A stretch of 64,000 nucleotides of DNA from an uncultured Odoribacter sp. (GCA_910589025.1 CAJURM010000011.1:675-64674); one strand, 5' to 3'. Shown: positions 52,636 through 64,000, numbered from the stretch's first letter. Notes: generated by a model not told the origin, from the letters alone. Numbers and translations are program-made.

Positions 52636-53100
52636 ATGAAAACAGCAGAAGAAATCAAAACAATCGTCCGTACCCTATTGGAAAACAGCGACCTGTTTTT
52701 AGTCAACGCGACAGTGTCCGGAGAGAACAAGATAGAGGTTTTGATCGATTCTCCCGCAGGCGTAAACATTACGACCTGTATGGAAATCAGCCGGCAGTTG
52801 GAAGAGCAACTGGACCGCAATACGGAAGATTTTGAATTAACGGTGGCCAGTGCCGGTATCGGCTATCCCTTCCTTGTAGAGGGACAATATAGGAAGAACA
52901 TCGGGAATGCCGTTGAAGTCCGACTGAAAGAGCAGGGTTCTCTGAGCGGGATTTTGAAAGCCTTCAACGGAGACCACATTCTCTTGGAGTGTGAGGAAAA
53001 AAAGACCGTAGAGGGGAAAAAGAAAAAAGAGGTGGTAAAAACGGAAAAAACCGTTTACCTGTCCGACATCAAACAGATAAAAGACATTGTAACATTTTAA
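52636..53100 (+). CDS. rimP: Ribosome maturation factor RimP
   Basis: DFELTVASAG, QYRKNIG; first gene before nusA. Confidence 0.92.
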   Translation: MKTAEEIKTIVRTLLENSDLFLVNATVSGENKIEVLIDSPAGVNITTCMEISRQLEEQLDRNTEDFELTVASAGIGYPFLVEGQYRKNIGNAVEVRLKEQGSLSGILKAFNGDHILLECEEKKTVEGKKKKEVVKTEKTVYLSDIKQIKDIVTF

Positions 53101-53143
53101 AAGTGAAATAATAATCAATAACAATAACAACTGAAAAGTTAAA

Positions 53144-54385
53144 ATGGAAAATATTAACTTAGTAGAATCATTTGCTGAATTTAAAGAATTCAAAAATATT
53201 GACAGAGCGACGTTAATGAGCGTATTGGAAGATATTTTCAGAAATATGCTGTTGAAAAAATACGGTACGGACGAAAACTTTGACATCATCATCAACATCG
53301 ACAAGGGTGACCTCGAAATCTGGCGGAACCGGACTGTCGTGGAAGATGACCAGCTGGAAGACCCGAACACCCAGATCACTCTGAGTGAAGCCCAGAAAAT
53401 CGACAGCGATTACGAAGTGGGGGAAGAAGTAGCGGATGAAGTGAAATTAAAGGATTTCGGACGCCGTTCCGTTTTAGCTTTACGCCAGAACCTTTCTTCC
53501 CGGATTCTGGAGTTGGAAAAAGACAACATCTATAACAAATACAAAGACCGCATCGGTCAGATCATCCTGGGAGAGGTTTACCAGATCTGGAAAAAAGAGA
53601 TGCTGATTCTGGATGATGAAGGCAACGAGCTGATTTTGCCCAAACAGGAGCAGATTCCCAGTGATTTTTTCAAAAAAGGAGATACGATAAAAGCTGTCGT
53701 TATCCGGGTGGAAATGAAAAATTCCAATCCGTACATCATTTTGTCCCGTACGTCACCGGTATTCCTGGAAAGACTTTTTGAAAACGAAGTTCCGGAAATC
53801 TTCGACGGACTGATTACGATCAAGCACGTGGTTCGTGCCCCGGGCGAAAGAGCCAAAGTAGCGGTGGAATCCTATGACGACCGTATCGACCCGGTAGGAG
53901 CATGCGTGGGCATGAAGGGTTCGCGTATCCACGGTATTGTAAGGGAGTTGCGGAATGAAAACATTGATGTTATCAACTACACGAACAATTTGCAGTTATA
54001 CATCACGCGGGCCCTGAATCCGGCAAAAATCAAGAACATTGAAATTGACGAGGCCAATAAGAAAGCCAATGTATATCTGAATCCGGAAGAAGTATCGCTG
54101 GCGATCGGTAAAGGCGGATTGAACATCAAGCTGGCCAGCCAGTTGACGGGATATGACATTGATGTTTACCGCGAATTCAATGAAGCCCAGGAAGAGGAAG
54201 ATGTGAACCTGGACGAATTCAAGGATGAAATTGAACCCTGGATTATCGACGAACTGAAGCGCGTAGGTTGTGACACGGCGAAAAATGTGCTGGAACTGGA
54301 TGAATCCGAACTGGAAAAGCGCACCGACCTGGAAATTGAAACCATCCGCGAAGTTCTGAGTATACTAAAAGCTGAATTCGAGTAA
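53144..54385 (+). CDS. nusA: Transcription factor NusA
   Basis: FENEVPEI.DG, RAPGERAK, DPVGACVG, AIGKGGLN. Confidence 0.97.
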   Translation: MENINLVESFAEFKEFKNIDRATLMSVLEDIFRNMLLKKYGTDENFDIIINIDKGDLEIWRNRTVVEDDQLEDPNTQITLSEAQKIDSDYEVGEEVADEVKLKDFGRRSVLALRQNLSSRILELEKDNIYNKYKDRIGQIILGEVYQIWKKEMLILDDEGNELILPKQEQIPSDFFKKGDTIKAVVIRVEMKNSNPYIILSRTSPVFLERLFENEVPEIFDGLITIKHVVRAPGERAKVAVESYDDRIDPVGACVGMKGSRIHGIVRELRNENIDVINYTNNLQLYITRALNPAKIKNIEIDEANKKANVYLNPEEVSLAIGKGGLNIKLASQLTGYDIDVYREFNEAQEEEDVNLDEFKDEIEPWIIDELKRVGCDTAKNVLELDESELEKRTDLEIETIREVLSILKAEFE

Positions 54386-54428
54386 TCTGCTTTTAAAACT
54401 TAACGCTTGAAAATTTTAAAATCTCAAT

Positions 54429-57176
54429 ATGGCAGTAAGATTAAATAAAGTAGCCCGAGAATTTAATGTGGGACTCTCCACAATCGTAGAATTTTTGCAT
54501 GCTAAAGGGATACAAGTATCCTCTGATCCAAATGCAAAACTTTCCGATGAAGATTATGCCCTGGTGGCCAAAGAATTTTCATCGGACAGCGAGGTGAAAA
54601 AAGAATCTTCTATGGTGGACCTGAAAAACAGCCGCAAGAAGAAAGAAACCGTCACCATTGACAATAAGGGCAACATTAAAGAAATAAACGAAGAGGAGCA
54701 GTTTATTTCCATTAAAGATGAAGTGAAACTGGAAAATAAGATCAAAGTAGTGGATCGCATTGATCTGAATCCGGCACAAAAGCCCGTCAAAGAAGAAGTA
54801 AAAGAAAAAAATGCCACAGAAACAGAGGAAGTTACGGCCAGAGAAGAAGCCGCCGGGAAGCAGGAAAAACCTGTTCGCGAAACGGATGCGACTGTAAATA
54901 CCCCCCATATTTCTGAGGAAGAAGAACCTTTTAAAATAAAACAGCCGGCTGTTAAAGACGTGAAAGTTGTCGGAACCATTGACCTGGATTCCATCAACCA
55001 GCGCACCCGCCCTCCGAAGAAGAGCAAACTGGAAAAAGAACGGGACCGCAAGGATTTGAAAAAGGCAACCACTCCGGGCAAACCTACCGGCAATACGGAA
55101 GGAAGTGGGGAGTTCTTGTCGGAAGAAGATTCCGAAACCCGGAAGAAAAGGAAGAGGATTCACCGCGATGAACCTGTAAACCTCCAGGAGTCCGACCGTT
55201 TCGGCAGCCGGAATGAAGACAATAAAAAGAAGCTGAAAAAGCTGAAAAAGAAAAAACAGGAAAAAACGGAAATCACGGACGAGGACGTAGACCGTCAGAT
55301 CAAAGACACCTTTGCCCGTTTGGGAAGCAAAGGGAAATCGTCTACATCCAAACACCGCCGTGACAAGCGTGATGCCGCCCAGCAAAAAATGCAGGCGGAA
55401 CTGGAGCAGGAAGAGAAAGAAAAGAGCATTCTGAAATTAACCGAATTTGTTACCGTAGCGGAGTTAGCCACCATGATGGGTATTTCCGTGACGGAAGTTA
55501 TTTCGGCCTGTATGTCGCTGGGACTGTTTGTGTCCATCAACCAACGTCTCGATGCCGAGACAATCAACCTTGTAGCAGATGAATTCGGATTCTCCGTAGA
55601 ATTTGTAAGTGTTGAAATCCAGGAGGCCATCGAAGAAGACTCGGAAGACACGGAAGAAAACATGCTTCCCCGTCCTCCTATCGTCACGGTCATGGGACAC
55701 GTAGACCACGGTAAGACCTCGTTGTTGGACTACATCCGGAAAACCAATGTCATTGCCGGAGAAGCCGGAGGTATTACCCAGCATATCGGTGCATACAACG
55801 TAAAATTAGCCGATGGCCGTGCCGTTACCTTTTTGGATACTCCCGGACACGAAGCGTTTACTGCCATGCGTGCCCGCGGTGCTCAGGTAACCGACATCGC
55901 CATCATCATTATCGCAGCCGATGACAGCGTCATGCCTCAAACCATCGAGGCCATCAACCACGCCAGCGCTGCGGGGGTACCGATGGTTTTCGCCATTAAC
56001 AAAGTGGATAAACCGGGAGCCAATCCCGACAAAATCCGGGAAGAACTGGCGAACATGAACTACCTGGTGGAAGAATGGGGCGGTAAGTACCAGTGCCAGG
56101 AAATATCAGCCAAAAAGGGCTTGAACATCGAAGAACTATTGGAAAAAGTATTGCTCGAAGCCGAGTTACTTGACCTGAAAGCCAACCCGAACAAGAAAGC
56201 CACGGGTTCCATTATCGAATCTTCACTGGACAAAGGCCGGGGGTATGTAGCTACGGTACTGGTTCAAGCCGGAACATTGAAAGTCGGAGATGTGGTGCTC
56301 GCCGGGCAGTATTTCGGTCATGTGAAAGCCATGTTCAACGAACGGGGCGGCAAACTGGAGAAAGCCGGTCCTTCCGAACCGGCATTGATTTTAGGTTTGA
56401 ACGGCGCTCCACAGGCCGGAGACAGATTCAACGTGCTCGGCAACGAAAAAGAGGCCCGCTTGCTGGCTAACAAACGCGAACAATTGCAGCGTGAACAAGG
56501 GTTGCGTACTCAGAAACACATCACGCTGGACGAAATCGGTCGCCGTATTGCTATCGGCACTTTCCAGGAACTCAACATCATTGTCAAAGGAGACGTGGAC
56601 GGTTCCATTGAAGCGCTCTCCGATTCCTTGCTGAAACTCTCTACCGATGAAATCCAGGTTAATGTGATTCATAAGGCCGTAGGACAGATTTCAGAGGGGG
56701 ATGTTATGCTGGCTGCCGCTTCAAATGCCATCATTGTCGGATTCCAGGTACGTCCTTCCATGAGTGCCCGTAAATTGGCTGAAAAGGAACAGATAGACAT
56801 CCGCCTATACTCCATCATTTATACGGCCATCGAAGAAATCAAGGCCGCAATGGAGGGGATGTTGTCTCCGGAAATCAAAGAAGAGATTATCGGTACTGTG
56901 GAAGTGCTCGAAACGTTCAAGATTTCCAAAGTCGGTACGATTGCCGGATGTATCGTACGGGACGGAAAAATCACCCGTTCCGCCAAGATTCGTATCATCC
57001 GGGAGGGTATTGTGGTCTACACCGGCGCTTTAGGTTCCCTCAAACGCTTCAAAGACGATGTGAAAGAGGTGACCAAAGGCTTCGAATGCGGTCTGAATAT
57101 CGAAAATTACAACGACATCCGGATCGGTGACATGGTCGAAGGCTATGAAGAAGTAGAAGTGAAAAAGACGTTATAA
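54429..57176 (+). CDS. infB: Translation initiation factor IF-2
   Basis: [33 protein letters not shown]. Confidence 0.98.
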   Translation: MAVRLNKVAREFNVGLSTIVEFLHAKGIQVSSDPNAKLSDEDYALVAKEFSSDSEVKKESSMVDLKNSRKKKETVTIDNKGNIKEINEEEQFISIKDEVKLENKIKVVDRIDLNPAQKPVKEEVKEKNATETEEVTAREEAAGKQEKPVRETDATVNTPHISEEEEPFKIKQPAVKDVKVVGTIDLDSINQRTRPPKKSKLEKERDRKDLKKATTPGKPTGNTEGSGEFLSEEDSETRKKRKRIHRDEPVNLQESDRFGSRNEDNKKKLKKLKKKKQEKTEITDEDVDRQIKDTFARLGSKGKSSTSKHRRDKRDAAQQKMQAELEQEEKEKSILKLTEFVTVAELATMMGISVTEVISACMSLGLFVSINQRLDAETINLVADEFGFSVEFVSVEIQEAIEEDSEDTEENMLPRPPIVTVMGHVDHGKTSLLDYIRKTNVIAGEAGGITQHIGAYNVKLADGRAVTFLDTPGHEAFTAMRARGAQVTDIAIIIIAADDSVMPQTIEAINHASAAGVPMVFAINKVDKPGANPDKIREELANMNYLVEEWGGKYQCQEISAKKGLNIEELLEKVLLEAELLDLKANPNKKATGSIIESSLDKGRGYVATVLVQAGTLKVGDVVLAGQYFGHVKAMFNERGGKLEKAGPSEPALILGLNGAPQAGDRFNVLGNEKEARLLANKREQLQREQGLRTQKHITLDEIGRRIAIGTFQELNIIVKGDVDGSIEALSDSLLKLSTDEIQVNVIHKAVGQISEGDVMLAAASNAIIVGFQVRPSMSARKLAEKEQIDIRLYSIIYTAIEEIKAAMEGMLSPEIKEEIIGTVEVLETFKISKVGTIAGCIVRDGKITRSAKIRIIREGIVVYTGALGSLKRFKDDVKEVTKGFECGLNIENYNDIRIGDMVEGYEEVEVKKTL

Positions 57177-57198
57177 AGCCGGAAACGGCTTTGCATGT

Positions 57199-57237
57199 AA
57201 ATCCCCGGAAGGTTTATTTAACCTCCGGGGATTTTTT
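57199..57237 (+). terminator. infB terminator
   Basis: AAATCCCCGGA..GGTT/AACC.TCCGGGGATTTTTT. Confidence 0.8.
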
Positions 57238-57307
57238 CGTTTTGAATATTCCAAATAAAAGCCTAACTTCGTGACTTGATTTAGAAAACCTGAAAAAACA
57301 GATTATT

Positions 57308-57688
57308 ATGAAATTAGCAGTCATCGCACACGACGGGAAGAAGGCAGAAATGGTGGCTTTTCTGAATCGTCACATGGATTTTTTCAAATCCGTAGGGGTC
57401 GACATTGTGGCCACGGGTACAACCGGTAAACACGCTCAGGAAGCCGGGCTGGAAGTTGAACGGTTATTATCCGGACCGCTGGGCGGAGATGCCCAGATTG
57501 CCGCACAAGTTGCCGAGCACAAAATCCAGATGGTGATTTTCTTCCGCGATCCGCTGGGGAAACACCCCCACGAACCGGATGTACAGATGCTGATGCGGGT
57601 ATGTGACGTACACAATGTGCCCATCGCAACCAACCCGGCATCGGCAGAAATGATGGTGCGCGGATTTGTGGACACTCACAAGTGTTAA
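57308..57688 (+). CDS. mgsA: Methylglyoxal synthase
   Basis: IAHDGKK, ATGTTG, SGPLGGDAQI, PHEPD. Confidence 0.96.
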   Translation: MKLAVIAHDGKKAEMVAFLNRHMDFFKSVGVDIVATGTTGKHAQEAGLEVERLLSGPLGGDAQIAAQVAEHKIQMVIFFRDPLGKHPHEPDVQMLMRVCDVHNVPIATNPASAEMMVRGFVDTHKC

Positions 57689-57721
57689 TCCAAATTAACC
57701 CTAACATCCTGTAACACGACC

Positions 57722-58126
57722 ATGGGGAAAAAAATAACGGTTATATTGCCTTTATACCTTGCAAGTCTCATCTTGCTGGCATTTTCCGTATTTCCCCACC
57801 ATCATCATAATTCGTTCATCTGCTTTAACACAATCCATCATTTTTCAGCAGAGGATCCGCAACACCATCCGCATCCGGAAATCCCCGAGAAAGGATGTCA
57901 TATCCAATATCTATTTCAAGCAGATAACATCAAAACCTTTTCCCGGTCTCTATTAGAAGGGAACACAACATTTCATTTCACTTTCTCTTTCATACCGGCA
58001 GAACCATTATCCATTCCACTCCCCATTGCAGCTTTGGGGCTTTTCCAACGAAACGATAATGAACCGTTGCCACAACTTTTATTTTCTTCTCATAAGTTTA
58101 CCCGCGGACCGCCCCAATTGGGCTGA
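57722..58126 (+). CDS. His/Cys-rich leader protein (DUF6769-like) with C-terminal RGPP
   Basis: N-terminal hydrophobic segment, PHHHH...C, HH..HHPH...CH; ends TRGPPQLG. Confidence 0.75.
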   Translation: MGKKITVILPLYLASLILLAFSVFPHHHHNSFICFNTIHHFSAEDPQHHPHPEIPEKGCHIQYLFQADNIKTFSRSLLEGNTTFHFTFSFIPAEPLSIPLPIAALGLFQRNDNEPLPQLLFSSHKFTRGPPQLG

Positions 58127-58224
58127 TCTCCGTCTATTTTTTCATTACCAATCCCGCACAAGATCCGGCAAAGATGACCTGACTGTCGGGAGCGAATCAT
58201 TATAAAAATTAACAGGGTAAAAAC

Positions 58225-59463
58225 ATGAGAACACTTATAGTATTACCGATTCTTATTCTTGCATTGGGGGTATGGGGTTGCAAACACAAACATCACGACG
58301 CCCATACAGGCCATCAACACGAAAGCAGCGAACAACATGCTGCGCACAAACATGAACATGAAGAAGGACATGTGCACGGGGCTGAACCCCATTCTCATTC
58401 AGAGGACGAACACACGGCCTCCCCTTCCCCGCATACGGATGAAATCATTTTTACAAAAGCCCAGGCTGAAAAAACAGATTTCAAGGTAGAAGAAGTGCAG
58501 CCGAAAACTTTCCAACAGGTCATCAAGACCACCGGTCAGGTTTTGCCTGCTCCCGGAGATGAAGCCGTTATCGTGGCAACAAGCAACGGCGTCGTGTCTT
58601 TCAATAACAAACGACTTTCGGAAGGTGCCGCCGTCCACAAAGGCGAAACGGTCTTTACCATCATGTCCAAAAATATTGCCGAGGGCGACCATTATTCCAA
58701 AATAAAAGCCGGATATGAACGTGCCCGGGCGGAATACCAACGGGCGGAGTCTCTGGTTAAAGATAAGATTATATCCCAAAGGGAATACGAAGCTGTCAAA
58801 TTGGAATACGAAAACGCTAAAATCGCTTTTGATGCCGTTTCCGGCAACCGGACAGCCAACGGTGTGGGCGTCACCTCCCCTTTGCAGGGATTTGTGAAAA
58901 ACATACTCGTCAAAGAAGGAGAATACATCACCGTAGGGCAGCCGCTGGCAACGGTTTCCCAAAACAAACGCCTGGTGTTGCGTGCCGAAGTGTCTGAAAA
59001 ATATTACCACACCCTGAAAAATATCAACAGCGCCAATTTTAAAACACCATACGACAACAAAGTGTACGTCCTTTCCGAATTGAACGGTCGCATTTTGTCT
59101 TTCGGTAAAGGTTCCAACAGCGGTTCTTTCTACATCCCCGTTTCCTTTGAATTTGACAACAAAGGGGAGGTTGTTCCCGGAGCTTTTGTTGAGGTATTCC
59201 TGCTGGCGGGTGCACAGGAAAACACCCTGACTCTGCCCGTCAGCGCACTGACCAATGAAATGGGTGTATTTTATGTGTATGTGCAATTGGATGAAGAGGG
59301 TTACCGCAAACAGGAAGTGACGGTCGGCGGCAACAACGGCAAGGAAGTACAAATCCTGAAAGGGCTGCATGCCGGCGAACGCGTTGTAACCCGGGGGGCC
59401 TATCAGGTAAAAATGGCTTCCGCTTCCGGAGCTATTCCCCACGGCCACAGCCACGAACATTAA
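58225..59463 (+). CDS. RND efflux periplasmic adaptor, His-rich lipoprotein
   Basis: Lipobox VWGC; His-rich N-terminus; SPLQG hinge; C-terminal HGHSHEH. Confidence 0.92.
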   Translation: MRTLIVLPILILALGVWGCKHKHHDAHTGHQHESSEQHAAHKHEHEEGHVHGAEPHSHSEDEHTASPSPHTDEIIFTKAQAEKTDFKVEEVQPKTFQQVIKTTGQVLPAPGDEAVIVATSNGVVSFNNKRLSEGAAVHKGETVFTIMSKNIAEGDHYSKIKAGYERARAEYQRAESLVKDKIISQREYEAVKLEYENAKIAFDAVSGNRTANGVGVTSPLQGFVKNILVKEGEYITVGQPLATVSQNKRLVLRAEVSEKYYHTLKNINSANFKTPYDNKVYVLSELNGRILSFGKGSNSGSFYIPVSFEFDNKGEVVPGAFVEVFLLAGAQENTLTLPVSALTNEMGVFYVYVQLDEEGYRKQEVTVGGNNGKEVQILKGLHAGERVVTRGAYQVKMASASGAIPHGHSHEH

Positions 59464-59550
59464 TAAGTCGAACAGATCACATTTTAGCTGCATGGCGGGA
59501 GCAATCAAACCGCTTTCAGCTAAAGATGTCCTATTAAATCCCTTATATAT

Positions 59551-62500
59551 ATGCTGAATAAAATCATACAATATTCATTACGCAACCGGCTGCTCGTCAT
59601 GATTTCGGCAGTAACGCTGCTTATCTGGGGCTCCTATACCGCTTCCACGATGGAGGTGGATGTATTCCCCGACCTGAATGCTCCGACCGTCGTGGTCATG
59701 ACGGAAGCCCAGGGCATGGCACCGGAAGAAGTGGAGCGTTTGGTAACTTTCCCGGTGGAAACGGCTGTCAACGGTGCCACAGACGTACGCCGCGTACGTT
59801 CTTCCTCCACGACCGGATTTTCGGTGGTGTGGGTGGAATTTGAATGGGGCACAAACATTTATACCGCCCGGCAAATCGTATCTGAGAAATTAGCCACATT
59901 AGGGGACGCCCTCCCCTCCACTGTCGGCCAGCCCACATTGGGTCCGCAGTCTTCCATTCTCGGCGAAATGATGATTATCGGTCTGACAGCCGATTCGACT
60001 TCCTTACAGGATTTACGCACCATCGCCGACTGGACCATCCGTCCCCGTCTGCTTTCTACGGGCGGAGTGGCACAGGTTGCCGTTATCGGCGGAGAAATAA
60101 AGGAATACCAGATTCTCCTTGACCCTGCCCGGATGAAACACTATAACATTACGTTGGATGAAATCCTTCCGGCAGTGGACAATATGAATCTCAATTCCAC
60201 CGGAGGCATCCTCTACGAATACGGCAACGAATACATTGTGCAGGGAGTAATGGCTACCACCCAAACGGAAGAATTAGGAAAAGCCGTAGTCAAGACCGTC
60301 AACGATATTCCGGTCATGCTCTCCGATATTGCAGACATCCGAATCGGCAATAAGGCTCCCAAATTGGGGCTGGCTTCCGAGAAAACGAAACCGGCGGTAT
60401 TGGTCACCGTCACCAAACAGCCTGCCACCAATACCCTCGAGTTAACGGACAAGCTGGACGCCTCCATACAGGACTTGCAAAAGACGCTCCCCGCAGATGT
60501 ACGGATTTCGACCGATATTTTCCGCCAGTCCCGCTTTATCAACAGTTCTATCCACAATATACAGCAAGCACTGTTTGAAGGCGCGCTGTTTGTAATTGTC
60601 GTACTGTTCTTCTTTCTGATGAATTTCCGCACCACCGTCATTTCATTGGTAGCGCTTCCGCTCTCGTTGTTGGTAGCCATTCTGGTGATGCACGCCCTGG
60701 GGCTGACCATCAATACGATGAGTCTCGGAGGACTCGCCATTGCCATCGGTTCTTTGGTGGATGACGCCATTGTCGACGTAGAAAATGTTTACAAACGCCT
60801 GCGGGAAAACCGACTGCTTCCGGCAACAGAACGTCTTTCAACCCGGCAGGTTGTTTTCGAAGCCTCGAAGGAGGTCCGGATGCCGATACTCAATTCCACG
60901 TTGATTATCGTCGCCTGTTTTCTGCCCCTCTTTTTCCTTTCGGGCATGGAAGGGCGGATGCTGATTCCTTTAGGCATTGCCTTTATTGTCGCTCTTTTCG
61001 CCTCTACTGTCGTAGCGCTGACCCTGACGCCGGTGTTATGCAGTTATATGCTGACTACGGAAAAAGCGCTGAGAAAAAGTGAAAAAGAGCCTGTGGTGTC
61101 GCGCACATTAAAAAAATGGTACCGTCGTGCCCTGCACTGGGCTTTGAATCACAAAAAGGCGGTGATCGGTACTACCGGTGCTTTGCTGGTGGTGGCTCTG
61201 ATTATCATGACCGGACTGGGACGAAGTTTCCTGCCCCCGTTCAACGAAGGCTCTCTGACAATAAACATCAGTACGATGCCCGGTATTTCACTGGAAGAGT
61301 CGGACAAAATGGGCAGAATGACAGAAGAGATTCTGATGGGCATCCCCGAAATACAGACAGTTGCCCGCAAAACGGGACGTGCCGAGTTGGACGAGCATGC
61401 CTTAGGGGTCAACGTGTCGGAGATTGAAGCCCCTTTCGAACTGGATAAGCGTTCACGGGAGGAGTTTTTAGAAGACGTGCGCCAGCAATTGGGCGAACTG
61501 AAAGGCGTGAATGTTGAAATCGGCCAGCCGATTTCCCACCGGATTGATGCCATGTTATCGGGCACGAAAGCCAACATCGCCATCAAGCTGTTTGGCAATG
61601 ACCTCAATAAATTGTTCCAGCTCGGGACACAAATCAAATCCGCTATCGGAGAGATTGAAGGCATTGCCGACCTGAATGTGGAACAACAGATTGAACGCCC
61701 CCAGCTGCAAATCAAACCCAAACGGGACATGCTTGCCAAATACGGAATCACGTTGCCCGAATTTTCCGAATTTGTCAATGTGGCTCTGGCGGGAAAAGTC
61801 ATTTCGCAGGTCAATGAAGGAGGAAAAGTGTTCGACCTCACAATCAAAGCCGATGACCAAAAAAGAGAGAACATGGAGGCTATCGGCGAGTTGATTATCG
61901 ACGCCAACAACCGGAAAATCCCGCTTCATTATGTAGCCGAGATTCTGCCTTTGGCAGGTCCGAACACCATCAGCCGGGAGAACGTACAGCGTAAAATCGT
62001 GGTTTCCGCCAATGTGGCAGGCCGAGACCTGAAAGGTGTCGTCAAGGATATTCAAAAGGAAATCGAAGCCGAAATCAGTCTTCCCGAAGGGTACCATATC
62101 GAATACGGCGGACAGTTTGAAAGCGAGCAGGCGGCGTCCCGGGTGTTGTTCCTTACGTCACTGATTTCCATCCTTATCATTTTTCTGATTCTGTACCACG
62201 AGTTCCGAAGTCTCCCGTTAGCGAGCATCATTATGCTGAATCTGCCTTTGGCCATCATCGGCGGTATTATCAGCATCCGGCTCACCTCCGGGGTGATAAG
62301 TATTCCTGCGATTATCGGTTTTATCTCTCTGTTCGGTATCGCCACCCGGAATGGCATTTTGTTGGTTTCCCACTACAACCACCTGAGAGCCGGGGGGATG
62401 TCCTTGCGGGAAAGTATTATCCAAGGGTCTTCCGACCGTCTGAATCCGATTCTGATGACGGCCCTGACGTCAGCGCTGGCATTGATTCCTTTAGCTGTGG

Positions 62501-62667
62501 GCGGCGACCTGCCCGGCAATGAGATTCAAAGCCCGATGGCACAGGTGATACTGGGCGGGTTGCTCAGCTCTACCCTGCTCAACGGATTTGTCATTCCCGT
62601 CGTATACCTTTTACTGAACCGGAAAAGTCCGGACCTCCTCACTCACTCAGAAATACAAAATTCATGA
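59551..62667 (+). CDS. CusA/CzcA-family heavy-metal RND transporter
   Basis: DVFPDL, SLGGLAIAIGSLVDDAIVDVEN, RLNPILMT. Confidence 0.94.
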   Translation: MLNKIIQYSLRNRLLVMISAVTLLIWGSYTASTMEVDVFPDLNAPTVVVMTEAQGMAPEEVERLVTFPVETAVNGATDVRRVRSSSTTGFSVVWVEFEWGTNIYTARQIVSEKLATLGDALPSTVGQPTLGPQSSILGEMMIIGLTADSTSLQDLRTIADWTIRPRLLSTGGVAQVAVIGGEIKEYQILLDPARMKHYNITLDEILPAVDNMNLNSTGGILYEYGNEYIVQGVMATTQTEELGKAVVKTVNDIPVMLSDIADIRIGNKAPKLGLASEKTKPAVLVTVTKQPATNTLELTDKLDASIQDLQKTLPADVRISTDIFRQSRFINSSIHNIQQALFEGALFVIVVLFFFLMNFRTTVISLVALPLSLLVAILVMHALGLTINTMSLGGLAIAIGSLVDDAIVDVENVYKRLRENRLLPATERLSTRQVVFEASKEVRMPILNSTLIIVACFLPLFFLSGMEGRMLIPLGIAFIVALFASTVVALTLTPVLCSYMLTTEKALRKSEKEPVVSRTLKKWYRRALHWALNHKKAVIGTTGALLVVALIIMTGLGRSFLPPFNEGSLTINISTMPGISLEESDKMGRMTEEILMGIPEIQTVARKTGRAELDEHALGVNVSEIEAPFELDKRSREEFLEDVRQQLGELKGVNVEIGQPISHRIDAMLSGTKANIAIKLFGNDLNKLFQLGTQIKSAIGEIEGIADLNVEQQIERPQLQIKPKRDMLAKYGITLPEFSEFVNVALAGKVISQVNEGGKVFDLTIKADDQKRENMEAIGELIIDANNRKIPLHYVAEILPLAGPNTISRENVQRKIVVSANVAGRDLKGVVKDIQKEIEAEISLPEGYHIEYGGQFESEQAASRVLFLTSLISILIIFLILYHEFRSLPLASIIMLNLPLAIIGGIISIRLTSGVISIPAIIGFISLFGIATRNGILLVSHYNHLRAGGMSLRESIIQGSSDRLNPILMTALTSALALIPLAVGGDLPGNEIQSPMAQVILGGLLSSTLLNGFVIPVVYLLLNRKSPDLLTHSEIQNS

Positions 62668-63845
62668 AAAAATACATTTCTCTTTTTATACCTGCCCTGT
62701 TGCTCTATTCTGCCGCGCAAGCGCAGCAGGATATAAACAGTGTTCTGAAAAGCATTGAAAGCCGGAACAAGACGTTACAGGCAGAAAGCCGGCTGCACGA
62801 AACGCGGCAGCTTGAGGCACATACGGGAAATTACCTGGCCAATCCGACAGTAGAGCTCAACCAACTGTGGGCAGACCGGAGCGCCGGCGGCAATGTCAAT
62901 GAGCTGGCAGTCGTCCAGGGATTCGATTTTCCTACGGTCTACACCAACAAGCATAAACTGGCAGACCTGAAAGCGACGACCTCCGGCTATCAGTATGCCG
63001 TGAGCCGTCAACAGATTTTACTATCCGCACAACAGCTCTGCCTGGAGGTCATTTATCTGCATAAGCAGAAAAAGTTAGCGGAAGAGAGAGCCGGGAATGC
63101 CCAGCATCTTTTTGAGCTGTATCAAAAACGGCTGGAACAAGGAGACGCCAACCAACTGGAGTTAAACAAAATCCAGCTGGAACGGCTGAATACGCGGAAT
63201 GCCCTGCGGCTGAACCAGATTGCCATCGACGCAGCACTGGAACAATTACAGAATCTGAACGGCGGCGAAGCTGTCGGATTCCGTGCCGGAGAATATCCGG
63301 AGATGCCGGTATTACCCACCTATCCGCAACTGGAATCCGAATACTTAGCCAGCGACCCGGGTTTGAAAGATATGTCCGGCCAATCGGAAATCGCAGAGCG
63401 GGAAATCCGGCTGACCCGTGCCATGACCCTGCCCAAGTTTGACATCGGTTACCGGCGCAATGGCGGCAGCGGCGAAAGTATGAACGGCTTCAGAATCGGT
63501 ATGTCCATCCCCCTGTGGGAAAACAAGAATACGGTCAAAAAAGCCAAAGCGCAGTTTGAATACACCACAGCCATGATGGAAGATAAACTGCAGTCGTTGA
63601 AATCCAATCTGAAACAACTCTACCAGCAAGTGCAAACCCTTTCGGAATCGCGCGAGGAGTACCGGAAAATTTTATCCGGCCAGCAGAGCATTGCATTGCT
63701 GAACAAAGCCCTGGACGCCGGACAGATTTCCATGATTGAGTATTTCACCGAGGTTACCACTTTCTATGAGAGCCGGCAGAATTACCTGGATGTCGAGCGC
63801 GACTATTTCAACGCCCTCGCCCAACTCTTTCAATACAAACTCTGA
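62664..63845 (+). CDS. TolC-family outer membrane efflux protein
   Basis: Signal peptide; SIPLW; G.IS..EY; ATGA overlap with the RND gene. Confidence 0.9.
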   Translation: MKKYISLFIPALLLYSAAQAQQDINSVLKSIESRNKTLQAESRLHETRQLEAHTGNYLANPTVELNQLWADRSAGGNVNELAVVQGFDFPTVYTNKHKLADLKATTSGYQYAVSRQQILLSAQQLCLEVIYLHKQKKLAEERAGNAQHLFELYQKRLEQGDANQLELNKIQLERLNTRNALRLNQIAIDAALEQLQNLNGGEAVGFRAGEYPEMPVLPTYPQLESEYLASDPGLKDMSGQSEIAEREIRLTRAMTLPKFDIGYRRNGGSGESMNGFRIGMSIPLWENKNTVKKAKAQFEYTTAMMEDKLQSLKSNLKQLYQQVQTLSESREEYRKILSGQQSIALLNKALDAGQISMIEYFTEVTTFYESRQNYLDVERDYFNALAQLFQYKL

Positions 63846-63848
63846 AAC

Positions 63849-63881
63849 AAACGCCCGGAAGCAAGAACTTCCGGGCGTTTT
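63849..63881 (+). terminator. Efflux operon terminator
   Basis: AAACGCCCGGAAG...CTTCCGGGCGTTTT. Confidence 0.8.
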
Positions 63882-64000
63882 CCTGCTTAGCTTTCCTTCC
63901 CTCACACCCCATCACGCTCTTATGCTTGCCTTCTATCCGATACTTTGGACAATGGTGGGAATAAATCGGATGCCAAGGAGGGCGGCAATACGAAATGGAT

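Noticed and set aside
58399..59571. Long antisense ORFs (e.g. 58399-59571, 19556-20473, 26109-27029, 43453-44442, 34162-35019)
   Set aside because: Shadow frames opposite well-supported genes, with no protein motifs.

Overview
Chromosomal window from a Bacteroidales bacterium, probably Odoribacteraceae-like. This is inferred from TAnnTTTG promoters, a short primary sigma factor, fused lpxC-fabZ and a GENNYALAA tmRNA tag. Most of it is housekeeping: tmRNA, tRNA-Glu, parAB-DUF5683-mltD, tilS, gap, rpoD, degP, nqrA-F, glyA, coaD, lpxD/C/A, rimP-nusA-infB, mgsA and a heavy-metal RND pump. Three things stand out. (1) A compact ~3.7 kb minus-strand cassette (36.5-40.2 kb) with no integrase or recognisable capsid: RteC-like regulator, holin-like protein, amidase, two paralogous DUF6266-like basic proteins and a small membrane protein, preceded by a 116-bp imperfect palindrome built from 11-bp-phased repeats. 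(2) Three non-coding leaders of unrelated sequence (2.7, 3.4 and 15.9 kb) share one topology: promoter, segment A, then a terminator-like stem whose large loop is antisense to A. (3) A His/Cys-rich leader protein ending in an RGPP arrest-like motif sits directly upstream of the metal efflux operon. All family assignments come from motif recognition by eye, not from database searches.
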